Shown: positions 7,193 to 15,681 of the stretch, in pieces
Layout: each line of letters opens with the position of its first letter
Position numbering within the stretch: the first letter of the stretch is position 1
Assembly (NCBI GenBank): GCA_001784175.1
Contig: MFPR01000020.1
Location: 62,001 to 126,000 of the forward strand
Direction: 5' to 3'
Source: Candidatus Lindowbacteria bacterium RIFCSPLOWO2_12_FULL_62_27
Lineage (GTDB): Bacteria > Lindowbacteria > 2-12-FULL-62-27
DNA length: 64,000 nucleotides
Translations under genes and position numbers: made by a program
Notes under the pieces: model-generated
What the model saw: only the letters and a program-made list of their open reading frames with translations
What the model was told of the DNA's origin: nothing
Database searches by the model: none

Positions 7193-10063
7193 ATGGCCCA
7201 AAAACCGCCTGCCGACAAATATTTCCGGGACATGCCGGCCGTCCACATGGTGTTCTTCGCCTCGGCGGTCGCCATGGTGGCCGTCATCGCGTGGATGTCG
7301 TGGGACGATTACGCCAGGGACTGGAAGGGATATCAGCGGCACTTCGAAAAGCTCGAACGGGCCCTGGCGAAGGAGGAGCTGAAGGCGGCCAAGGCGCGGC
7401 TGGACGGGGAGAAAATCCAACAGCTTCAGCAGGACATCGCCGCCGAGGCCGGGGCGTTGAAGAAAAACCGCGTCGAATACGAAAAGGCTCGCGCGGAGCA
7501 CCGCAAGGCCGACGCGGACCTGTACCGGAAGAGAACGGTCATGGCGTTCGCCAAATCCGACCTCGACGCCGGCCGGTACCAGTACGAGGAGGCGACCCGA
7601 CACGGGCCGAACGAACGGGCGCTGAAGAAATTCGAAGCGATTGAGAAGAGGCACCGCGACGCCCGCGAGGCCTTCATGCGCCAGGAAACCCTCGTCAAGA
7701 CGCTCGAGGAACGCGTGAAATCTTTTACGGACCGCAAGGAGCAGCTTGAAAAGGCGCTGGAGCGGGCGCAGTCGGAGGGCCGGATCCTCGCGGCCAAAAT
7801 CGACAAGCTTTCGCCCAACCCTCTCAAGTTTCTCCTGAACGCCCCGATCCTCGATTTCGTCGCGCCGACGTCCAGAATCCGCCAGACGGTCCTCCCCGAT
7901 CTGCACGACGATTATAATTTCCTGATGGTCGAGAAGGTCGACCGGTGTCACACCTGCCATCTGGGGATCGAGAAACCGAGCGTGAAGGACGCCGACGGCA
8001 ACGTCGTCAAGCTCGGATACGACGACGACAATCCCAATGCGCCGTACCGCGCGCAGCCGTTCCGGGCGCATCCTCGCCTGGATTTGTACGCCGGCGCCGG
8101 ATCAAAGCATCCGGTGGAAAAATTCGGCTGTTCGACCTGCCACGCCGGCGTCGGGCACGCCGTCAGCTTCATGGACGCCGGCCATACGCCGAAAGACGGC
8201 GCGCAGGAGGCGGCATGGAAGAAGAAATACGGATACAAGCCGCTCGACCACAACCATCTTTCCGATTTCCTGTGGGACTACATGATGTATCCGGGCGACC
8301 TGGTGGAGGCGTCCTGCCTGAAATGCCATCAGGGCGTGGTGGAAATTCCGGAGGCGCGCGCGCTGAATGCCGGCCGGCGGCTGTTCGAGGACTACGGCTG
8401 TTACGGATGCCACAAGACGGCCGGGTTCACGGAGCTTCGAAAGCCCGGGCCGCCGCTCACGCATCTCCAGGAGAAAGTGTCGGCCGACTGGGTCAAGAAA
8501 TGGCTGAAGAACCCGAAACGGTACCGTCCCACCACCCGGATGCCGCGGTTCTTTGATCTGTCGAACACTTCGAGCGCGGAGGACGTGCGGCGAAGCGACG
8601 CCGAAATCGCAGCCATCACGGCGTTCCTGTACGACCGCGCGCGTCCTCACACGAAATTCGACGCGCCGCCGGGCGCAGGCGACGCGAAACGAGGGAAGGA
8701 ATTGTTCGAAACGGTCGGCTGTCTGGGCTGCCACAGCATGACGGCATCCAACCGGTCGGCCAATGATTTCGGGCCGGACTTGGGCGCGCTCGGGAGCAAA
8801 ATCTGGGACCGCGCGTGGCTCTTCACGTGGCTCCGCGATCCCCGGCGGTATTTCCCGCACACCAAGATGCCGAGTCTGCGGCTGACGGACGAGGAGGCGG
8901 GGGACATCGCAGCGTATTTGCTCAGCCTCAAGAATGCGGAGTTCGACGAGGCGCCGGTTCCGGCGGGCTCGGTCGACGACGTCGACGCGATTCTCCGGCA
9001 GTTCTGGTCGGCCAAGGAAACGTCGATCCGAATGGACGAAAAATTGCAGGAAATGCCGGAGAAAGACAAATGGATCGCAGCCGGAGAAAAACTGATCGGC
9101 CAGTACGGCTGTTTCGGATGCCACGATATCGCGGGCTTCGAGAAAACCAACCCCATCGGCACCGAGCTTTCGGAGGAGGGCAGCAAGGACCTCGACAAGC
9201 TGGATTTCGGCGGCCTGCATCTCGCGCACGACCGCATGACATGGTTCACGCAGAAACTCACCGACCCGCGCGCGTTTGACCAGGGCAAGCAGAAGGACCG
9301 GCAGGACAGGCTCCGGATGCCCAATTTTGATTTCACGCCCGATCAGGTCCATCAGCTCGTCACGCACATCTTTTCGATGACGAAGGACCAGGTCCGGCCG
9401 GAGCGCCGGCGGAGGCTGTCGGCGCGGGAGGAGATCGTCGAGAAAGGCCGGCGGCTGGTCCGCGACCACAACTGTTACGGCTGTCACACGGTGGACGGCC
9501 ACGAGGGCGGCATCCGGGCGTACTATCAGGAGGACCCCGGTCTTGCGCCGCCCATCCTGTTCGGGCAGGGCCGGAAGGTCCAGGAGTACTGGCTGTATGA
9601 GTTCCTGAAGCATCCGACGACGATCCGCCCGTGGCTCAAGGTGCGAATGCCGACGTTCGGATTTTCAGACGAGGAGGCGACGGCCGTCGTCAACTATTTT
9701 CAGGCCCTCGACGACGTCAAACACGTCTATCGCCCGAAGGATTTTCACAAACCCGACGCCCAGCTTGCGGCCGCCGGCCGGGACCTGTTCGACAAATTGC
9801 AGTGCATGAAATGCCACGTCGTCGGATCGCAGGCGCCGCCGGGCCGCGCGGCCGGCGATCTCGCGCCGGACCTGGCGATGGCCAAACAGCGCCTGAACGC
9901 CGACTGGCTGATCGACTGGCTGTCAGACCCGCAAAAACAGATGCCGGGCACCCGCATGCCGGCCTTCTTCGCCGAGGGCCGCCCGGCCCTGCCCGACGCT
10001 TTGGGCGGCAGCGCTGAAAAACAAATCCAAGCCCTTCGGGACCACGTTCTAAGTCTTCGTTAG
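7193..10063 (+). CDS. Membrane-anchored octaheme cytochrome c (956 aa) with N-terminal coiled coil
   Basis: Eight CXXCH motifs: CHTCH, CSTCH, CLKCH, CYGCH, CLGCH, CFGCH, CYGCH, CMKCH; recurring 'W...P....P..RMP' class I domains. Confidence 0.93.
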   Translation: MAQKPPADKYFRDMPAVHMVFFASAVAMVAVIAWMSWDDYARDWKGYQRHFEKLERALAKEELKAAKARLDGEKIQQLQQDIAAEAGALKKNRVEYEKARAEHRKADADLYRKRTVMAFAKSDLDAGRYQYEEATRHGPNERALKKFEAIEKRHRDAREAFMRQETLVKTLEERVKSFTDRKEQLEKALERAQSEGRILAAKIDKLSPNPLKFLLNAPILDFVAPTSRIRQTVLPDLHDDYNFLMVEKVDRCHTCHLGIEKPSVKDADGNVVKLGYDDDNPNAPYRAQPFRAHPRLDLYAGAGSKHPVEKFGCSTCHAGVGHAVSFMDAGHTPKDGAQEAAWKKKYGYKPLDHNHLSDFLWDYMMYPGDLVEASCLKCHQGVVEIPEARALNAGRRLFEDYGCYGCHKTAGFTELRKPGPPLTHLQEKVSADWVKKWLKNPKRYRPTTRMPRFFDLSNTSSAEDVRRSDAEIAAITAFLYDRARPHTKFDAPPGAGDAKRGKELFETVGCLGCHSMTASNRSANDFGPDLGALGSKIWDRAWLFTWLRDPRRYFPHTKMPSLRLTDEEAGDIAAYLLSLKNAEFDEAPVPAGSVDDVDAILRQFWSAKETSIRMDEKLQEMPEKDKWIAAGEKLIGQYGCFGCHDIAGFEKTNPIGTELSEEGSKDLDKLDFGGLHLAHDRMTWFTQKLTDPRAFDQGKQKDRQDRLRMPNFDFTPDQVHQLVTHIFSMTKDQVRPERRRRLSAREEIVEKGRRLVRDHNCYGCHTVDGHEGGIRAYYQEDPGLAPPILFGQGRKVQEYWLYEFLKHPTTIRPWLKVRMPTFGFSDEEATAVVNYFQALDDVKHVYRPKDFHKPDAQLAAAGRDLFDKLQCMKCHVVGSQAPPGRAAGDLAPDLAMAKQRLNADWLIDWLSDPQKQMPGTRMPAFFAEGRPALPDALGGSAEKQIQALRDHVLSLR

Positions 10064-10089
10064 GAGGTAAGTGTTCAGGTCGTCTTTTT

Positions 10090-10120
10090 CTTTATCCCCC
10101 CTTTACAAGGGGGGATAAAG
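10090..10120. repeat. Perfect 14-bp-stem palindrome (REP-like, possible terminator)
   Basis: ctttatcccccctt-tac-aaggggggataaag directly after the cytochrome operon. Confidence 0.7.
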
Positions 10121-10172
10121 GGGGGGGTCGATCCACCGTTGCCGACCCCTTGCATCCGCCGCCAGATTTCCC

Positions 10173-10201
10173 TTGACAATCGCCCGTCGGTTCGATAGAT
10201 T
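10173..10201 (+). promoter_or_regulatory. Sigma70-type promoter
   Basis: TTGACA-17 bp-TAGATT upstream of the D-T-rich protein gene; SD GGGGAGG near 10275. Confidence 0.7.
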
Positions 10202-10292
10202 CCCGTAATTTGCATTCCGCACAGGCAGGATGGATTTATCGTTCAAATACCTGTCGGAGGCTTCGAAACTTCAAGGGGAGGTGGTTATTACA

Positions 10293-12587
10293 ATGATTCG
10301 CAAGCAAACGATGGGGATGATGGGATGTTTGGCTTTGATGTTTGTCCTTGCCTGCACGGTTCCTTCCTTCGCTACATTTACAGAGGACACGATGGTGTTG
10401 AGGGGCACGACGGATACGTCGTCGAGTACTTTCAACGCCGCCGGCGGCCTGAATGGAGATACGAATGTGACGACCATGCTGGATGTGGCCGTGGACAGTT
10501 CGGGACAGATGTATTTCCTGCATTTTCACAGCGAAGCGGGTGACACGGAGATTTTGATCACCAAATATGACAACGCCGGTAATTTCAAATCGGTTCTGAC
10601 GGTCGACGACAATCCGGAAACGGATATTGTCATGATGGCGCTGGCGGTCAACAAGCAGTCGGGTGCCATCTATGTCGCTGCTGCCGGTTTGACGGGTGCC
10701 TTGTACCTGTATACGGATACAGGTCCACACACGAACTCACGTTTTACGGTTGACACCATCCAGTTCGGTCTGATCAACATGGACTCCAAATTCGGTTCAG
10801 TGGACGTCACGGTGTTTGGCAAGAGCACCGTCGATTCCGTGTATGTGGTCGCTATTTCAGACACTACATTTCGGCCAACTGGAAATCGTGATTCTGGTGT
10901 CCTGCTGTGGAGATTTAACCATACCGGAATGATCACCGACACCAAGGTTCTGATCCGGAGAAACGACACGGAGGCGGAAGACACCCTGGCTCTAAGCCGG
11001 GGTTCCATTCCGGCGAGGGTTCTGATTGAGGCCATCGATACGGATAAAATCGCCGTTGTGTCGATCGGCCGCGCTCCGTACCCGGCGCGGTTGGGCGGGG
11101 TCGGCTACGATACGGGCAAGTACGGTGTGTATTATGACACGTTCCAAATCGGCCCGGATGGGACGATCGTCACAGATTCCATGGCCGATACGATAACGGT
11201 CCTGGCCGACTCCGTGACGGTCAATTCCATCGCGGCGTTCGACATGAAGTGGGATACCTTCAACAACCGGATCGTAATCTATTACGCGCTTCGGACTTCT
11301 TCCACCAAGCTGTCCAGAATCTACATCCCGGCCTTTGGGTACTTCACATCTTCCGGGAGCAACACGGCAGTTTCCGACAATTTTTCCTTCGATACTCTGC
11401 CGTCGGCCATTTCGTTGAGCATCCACAAGCTGACGGGGCAGTCCGTGAAGGAGCATCTCGCGTATCGTTCCCGAGGGGCGGGAACGATTCACTACATTAA
11501 ACGGGAAGCTGATGCGACGACGGGAAACGTCGAGATCGACACGGTAGCCGGCACTCGTGACCGTGCCAGTGGATCCGTCTCCTTGAGCGATTCGTTGCCG
11601 GTCGTGATCGCCGTCACGAACGACGGCGCGCCCAGGATCGCGTATGAGCAGCGGGTGCATAACCAGATTTTCATCAACCTCGCGCGCCAACAGGGCGCGT
11701 CGGTGGCGAGCGGGGAGAACGTGTCGGTCACAACGTCCCAGACGTTCACGTCCTCCTCCGGCGCCGGCACGGCGTCGGCGCCGCTGGTTTCCACCATCGT
11801 CCCTGCGTTCAACAGTACGATTGACAGCCCGGCGCAGCTCGCCCAGATCGCGTTGACGTCCTCTCCGACCTCTCCCGCCACGTCCTCGTCCGGGCTTACC
11901 GATTTCACCACGCCGTCGTATGTGGTCGCGGTCCCGCTCGGAAACGCGCACGGGGACACGCTCACGGTTCAGCTTAAGGCGACGGGCAACGGCGCCGGCG
12001 TCGCGGTCTACATGCGCCGCCTGACCGACACGAATCCGTCGGGCGGAATGGGCGGCAGCAGCTCGACGCCGGACACCAGCGTGTTCGCGGGCCTGTCTGA
12101 CTCCCAGTTCACGGCTTGCGCCCAGACTTGGGTGAAAATCCGGCTGGGCGACACCGCCGGCAACGTCTATGACGACAACGCCTTTTCCGACACCCTCGCC
12201 GTCCGGCTGTCCTTCACGCTGACGCCGGCCGTGCTGGCGTCGTTGATGAATGCGGGCATCGACACTACCCCGGGCCAGCTTGCGGTGTGGGTCCTGAACA
12301 GCAGCAACGCGTTCGTTCAGATCGGAAATTCGTCCGCCTACACGCAGACCGAACTGAACGCCGGCGGCGCCGTGACGCTTGTATCCAACACCATCACGAG
12401 CTTCTCGCCGGGTGGCGTTGCGAAAGCGGTGGGTGCCGCGTCCGGAAGCGACGGCGGCATCTGTTTGATGGGCCGCTGCGTCGAAAGCGCCTCTCCTGCG
12501 GCCGGCGCGTTCCGGTCGGTGCGGGACACGTTTCTATCGAGCAAAGTGGGCCGCGTGTTGACGTCGCTGTATTATCGGATGAAGTAA
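10293..12587 (+). CDS. Secreted Ser/Thr- and Asp-Thr-rich surface protein with CFI-box-CTERM-like tail
   Basis: Signal peptide (LALMFVLACTVPSFA); about 24 DT dipeptides; C-terminus GGICLMGRC...FRSVRDTFL...GRVLTSLYYR. Confidence 0.8.
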   Translation: MIRKQTMGMMGCLALMFVLACTVPSFATFTEDTMVLRGTTDTSSSTFNAAGGLNGDTNVTTMLDVAVDSSGQMYFLHFHSEAGDTEILITKYDNAGNFKSVLTVDDNPETDIVMMALAVNKQSGAIYVAAAGLTGALYLYTDTGPHTNSRFTVDTIQFGLINMDSKFGSVDVTVFGKSTVDSVYVVAISDTTFRPTGNRDSGVLLWRFNHTGMITDTKVLIRRNDTEAEDTLALSRGSIPARVLIEAIDTDKIAVVSIGRAPYPARLGGVGYDTGKYGVYYDTFQIGPDGTIVTDSMADTITVLADSVTVNSIAAFDMKWDTFNNRIVIYYALRTSSTKLSRIYIPAFGYFTSSGSNTAVSDNFSFDTLPSAISLSIHKLTGQSVKEHLAYRSRGAGTIHYIKREADATTGNVEIDTVAGTRDRASGSVSLSDSLPVVIAVTNDGAPRIAYEQRVHNQIFINLARQQGASVASGENVSVTTSQTFTSSSGAGTASAPLVSTIVPAFNSTIDSPAQLAQIALTSSPTSPATSSSGLTDFTTPSYVVAVPLGNAHGDTLTVQLKATGNGAGVAVYMRRLTDTNPSGGMGGSSSTPDTSVFAGLSDSQFTACAQTWVKIRLGDTAGNVYDDNAFSDTLAVRLSFTLTPAVLASLMNAGIDTTPGQLAVWVLNSSNAFVQIGNSSAYTQTELNAGGAVTLVSNTITSFSPGGVAKAVGAASGSDGGICLMGRCVESASPAAGAFRSVRDTFLSSKVGRVLTSLYYRMK

Positions 12588-12607
12588 TTTAAGGATCGCA
12601 TTCGTTC

Positions 12608-12657
12608 CTCCCCACTTCCGACGGCTGGCCATACTGTTGGAAGTGGGGAGTTTTTTT
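12608..12657 (+). terminator. Rho-independent terminator
   Basis: Stem ctccccacttccgacgg/ctgttggaagtggggag followed by a T7 run. Confidence 0.85.
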
Positions 12658-12691
12658 ATTCGGAATTGGGGGCTTGGGAATAGAGAAGTAA

Positions 12692-13215
12692 GTCTCACGC
12701 AAAGGCGCGAAGGTGCAAAGGCGCAAAGAAAACATGACGTAGCGGTGAGGGAAGCGTTTGACTGAGAATGAGATTGCCGCCATTGTTGTGGATGTGGCGT
12801 ATAAGATCCATGTCAAACTGGGGCCGGGGGTTTTCGAGTCCGTCTACGAAGCCGTTATGACACGTGCGCTCACGAAACGTGGACTCGAGGTGAAACGACA
12901 ATATCCGATCCCGGTCAGCTATGACGGTGAGGAGTTTGATGAAGGATTCCGCGCCGACCTCATCATCGAGAACAAAGTTATCATCGAATTGAAATCCCAA
13001 GAAACCGTCTTGCCCGTCCATAAAAAACAATTGCTCACCTATCTGCGTCTGTCGGGGTTGAGGCTCGGACTGCTCATCAATTTCGGCCAAGAATATATCA
13101 AAAACGGAATCCATCGCGTAGTCAACGGCCTTCCGGATGAGTCCTCCTCCTCATAACCCCAAGTATATGTTTCTCCGCGTCTCGCGCTTTGTGTCTTTGC
13201 GCCTTTGCGTGAGAC
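12692..13215. mobile_element. Putative small element: GxxExxY gene flanked by terminal inverted repeats with 8-bp periodic arrays
   Basis: Left end gtctcacgcaaaggcgc(g)aag; right end reverse complement gtctcacgcaaaggcgc(a)aag (17 bp perfect); internal GCGCAAAG-like iterations. Confidence 0.6.
12758..13156 (+). CDS. GxxExxY protein (PD-(D/E)XK-like nuclease family)
   Basis: GPGVFESVYE motif, RADLIIENKVIIELKS, QLLTYL...GLLINFG. Confidence 0.95.
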   Translation: MTENEIAAIVVDVAYKIHVKLGPGVFESVYEAVMTRALTKRGLEVKRQYPIPVSYDGEEFDEGFRADLIIENKVIIELKSQETVLPVHKKQLLTYLRLSGLRLGLLINFGQEYIKNGIHRVVNGLPDESSSS

Positions 13216-13237
13216 CCCATGGTTTCTAATCTTCCTG

Positions 13238-14077
13238 TCACCATTCCAGTTGATTTCTCAATAACTTTCCGTACATCCGGGGCGGCAGGAAGGCGTGGGC
13301 GTGGATTTCCGCGCTGTAGAATTTTGTCTTGACAGAATGCCTTCTTCTCATTTTCCTCGGCGTCCATTTCCGGGACGCCACCGCGAAGCTCCACCAGTTG
13401 CTCGGATAGGTCGCGATCGGCGCGGTGTAGAGATCGACGATGGGAAAATGCCGTTTGAGTTTTCGTTGCATCGCGATGATCGTTTTCTTGTGAAAGTGCA
13501 TCGATTCGGTGTGGGTCACGAAGAAGCCGTCGGCGCTCAGGCAATGTTTGACGAGCTTGAAAAAATTGTCCGTAAACAGGGTGTTTGCGATTCCCGTGAT
13601 GTTGGTGGAATCAACGATGACCGCGTCGATATTCTCCGGTTTGCCGTCTCTCAAGAAGGCCGCCCCGTCGCCTACGTGAATCTCAACCTTGTCGTCATCC
13701 ACGCGCCCGGCCACCTTCGGAAAAAACCTCCGGGAAACATCGATCACTTCCCCGTCCAATTCGGCGAAAAAGACCTTCTCAACCGTCCTGTGTTTCAACA
13801 CCTCCCGCACGATCCCGCCGTCGCCGCCGCCGATGACGATGATCCTGCGAGGCGCCGGATGCGCGTGCATCACGACGTGCGTGAGCATCTCGTGATAGAA
13901 AAATTCGTCCCGCTCGGTGATCTGCACGGCGTCGTCCAGGATCAGCATCCGGCCGAAATACTTGTGCTCGGCCACCATGATCTTCTGGTATTTGCTCTTG
14001 TGCCGATACAGCACCCTCTCAATGTCATAGGAAAAAATGACGGGCGAGTACCGCGCATTTTCTGAGAATCTGGCCAC
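13238..14077 (-). CDS. speE: Spermidine synthase (polyamine aminopropyltransferase)
   Basis: SKYQKI, LDDAVQITERDEFFYHEML, GGGDGG, IVDST. Confidence 0.95.
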   Translation of the reverse strand: MARFSENARYSPVIFSYDIERVLYRHKSKYQKIMVAEHKYFGRMLILDDAVQITERDEFFYHEMLTHVVMHAHPAPRRIIVIGGGDGGIVREVLKHRTVEKVFFAELDGEVIDVSRRFFPKVAGRVDDDKVEIHVGDGAAFLRDGKPENIDAVIVDSTNITGIANTLFTDNFFKLVKHCLSADGFFVTHTESMHFHKKTIIAMQRKLKRHFPIVDLYTAPIATYPSNWWSFAVASRKWTPRKMRRRHSVKTKFYSAEIHAHAFLPPRMYGKLLRNQLEW

Positions 14078-14144
14078 CGTGTCACCTCCGATTTCTCACG
14101 CGAAGACGTATCTTATCTCATCTTCAAAAATTTTAGCAATTTTC

Positions 14145-14173
14145 TTGACATTGGGGTTCAAAGTTGCGATATT
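14145..14173 (+). promoter_or_regulatory. Possible sigma70 promoter for speD
   Basis: TTGACA-17 bp-GATATT with TGn extension, in an AT-rich divergent spacer. Confidence 0.45.
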
Positions 14174-14202
14174 TCGTGAACATTTGCGCAAAGAGGTGAA
14201 GG

Positions 14203-14610
14203 ATGAAGCAGTTGGGGAAGCATTTGCTGGTTGAGCTGTATGATTGCGATCCGAAGCTGTTGAACAATACGTCGACTGTGGAGCGTGAGATGCAGCGCGC
14301 GGCGCGCGCGGCCAAGGCCACCATTGTGCGGTCGACCTTTCACACCTTCAGTCCCTGGGGCGTTTCCGGGGTTGTCCTCATTGCCGAATCTCATCTCACC
14401 ATTCACACCTGGCCCGAACACAATTACGCCGCCATCGACATTTTCACCTGCGGCGGGTCCGTCGAACCCTATACGGCCTATCAGGTCCTGAAAGACGCGT
14501 TTCGGTCGAAAAATTCATCCGTGATCGAACTCAAGCGGGGCCTGATCGAAGGCGCCGTCGAAAAGGCGCGCAAAATCGCCCGCCGGAGCCGCGCAAAGCA
14601 GCCCGCCTAA
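14203..14610 (+). CDS. speD: S-adenosylmethionine decarboxylase proenzyme
   Basis: GKHLLVELYDC, GVSGVVLIAE-SHLTIHTWPE autocleavage site, DIFTCG. Confidence 0.96.
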   Translation: MKQLGKHLLVELYDCDPKLLNNTSTVEREMQRAARAAKATIVRSTFHTFSPWGVSGVVLIAESHLTIHTWPEHNYAAIDIFTCGGSVEPYTAYQVLKDAFRSKNSSVIELKRGLIEGAVEKARKIARRSRAKQPA

Positions 14611-14633
14611 ATTCATTTCCTCCTGTTTGACCC

Positions 14634-15551
14634 TTGAAGATATTTCTGACCGGCGCTTCCGGCTTTGTCGGATCGCACCTGGCGCGGCTTCTGGTACGCG
14701 CCGGCCACGAGGTCCATGCGCTTCTAAGGCCGGGCGCGTCCGTCGAGCGCATCGGCGACATCCTGGATCGGCTGGCCGTCGTGGAGGGGGATCTCAAACG
14801 ACAGGATGAGTGGTTCGCGCGGATCGACCGCGGCCGGCCGGAAGTGTGGGTTCACCTCGCTTGGATCGCCACACCGGGCGTTTATCTCAAAAGCCCCGAA
14901 AATACGGAGTACGTGGCCGCGAGCCTGCAACTCGCCAAACGGCTGGCTGAGACGGGATGCCGGCGATTCGTTGCGGCGGGCACGTGTTTTGAATATGCCC
15001 CGTCGACCACTGCGCTTTCGGAAAGTGCGCCCACCGGCCCGCGAACGATCTACGCGGCTTCCAAGCTGGAATTCGAAGTATCGATCGAGCGTCTGGCGGC
15101 GTCGTGGGGCGTTCATTTTGTCTGGCCTCGGCTCTTTTACCTCTACGGCCCCGGCGAGCATGAAAAGCGGCTGGTGCCGGTTCTGATCCGCTCGCTGTTA
15201 AGAAATGAAATCGCGAAACTGGCCTCCGGAGACAGGGTGTTTGATTACCTGCACGTCGAAGACGTCGCGGCCGGAATCTGGGCGGCTGCTCAATCGGATC
15301 TTCGCGGCCCCGTCAACATCGCGTCGGGCCGGCCCGTCACGCTGCGGGATCTGGCGGAGGAGGTCGAGCGGCAGATCGGCGTGGCCGGTCTTTTGGCGTT
15401 TGACGCTTATGCGTCCGATCCGATCGACCTCGCACACGTGCTGGGTGACAACCGCCGGCTCCTCAGCACGGGCTGGAAACCGCGATACACGCTTCAGGAG
15501 GGGATTCGGCAAACGATTGAGTGGTGGAAAAACAGGATGCGCGCGAATTGA
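14634..15551 (+). CDS. NAD-dependent epimerase/dehydratase (extended SDR)
   Basis: TGASGFVG, GTCFEY, YAASK, RLFYLYGPGE. Confidence 0.9.
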   Translation: MKIFLTGASGFVGSHLARLLVRAGHEVHALLRPGASVERIGDILDRLAVVEGDLKRQDEWFARIDRGRPEVWVHLAWIATPGVYLKSPENTEYVAASLQLAKRLAETGCRRFVAAGTCFEYAPSTTALSESAPTGPRTIYAASKLEFEVSIERLAASWGVHFVWPRLFYLYGPGEHEKRLVPVLIRSLLRNEIAKLASGDRVFDYLHVEDVAAGIWAAAQSDLRGPVNIASGRPVTLRDLAEEVERQIGVAGLLAFDAYASDPIDLAHVLGDNRRLLSTGWKPRYTLQEGIRQTIEWWKNRMRAN

Positions 15552-15560
15552 CCGCTATGG

Positions 15561-15675
15561 TATCCCCCCTCTCCCGCCTTTGGCGGGAGAGGGTCGGGGT
15601 GAGGGTGGTCCCGCCGTCATCGACCCCCCTCACCTCAATCCTCTCCCCCCTTCGGGGGGAGAGGAGGTGAATAGA
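15561..15675 (+). repeat. Bipartite G/C-tract REP-like element, family A copy 1
   Basis: ccctctcccgcctttggcgggagagggtcggggtgaggg...ccctcacctcaatcctctccccccttcggggggagaggagg; near-identical to 18661-18779. Confidence 0.9.
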
Positions 15676-15681
15676 TACCCG

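Noticed and set aside
7565-7576. gacgccggccgg match to the intragenic element
   Set aside because: 12-bp GC-rich match encoding ordinary residues; likely chance
7046-9613. 341-aa and 503-aa minus-strand ORFs
   Set aside because: Antisense to the octaheme cytochrome gene; no independent signals
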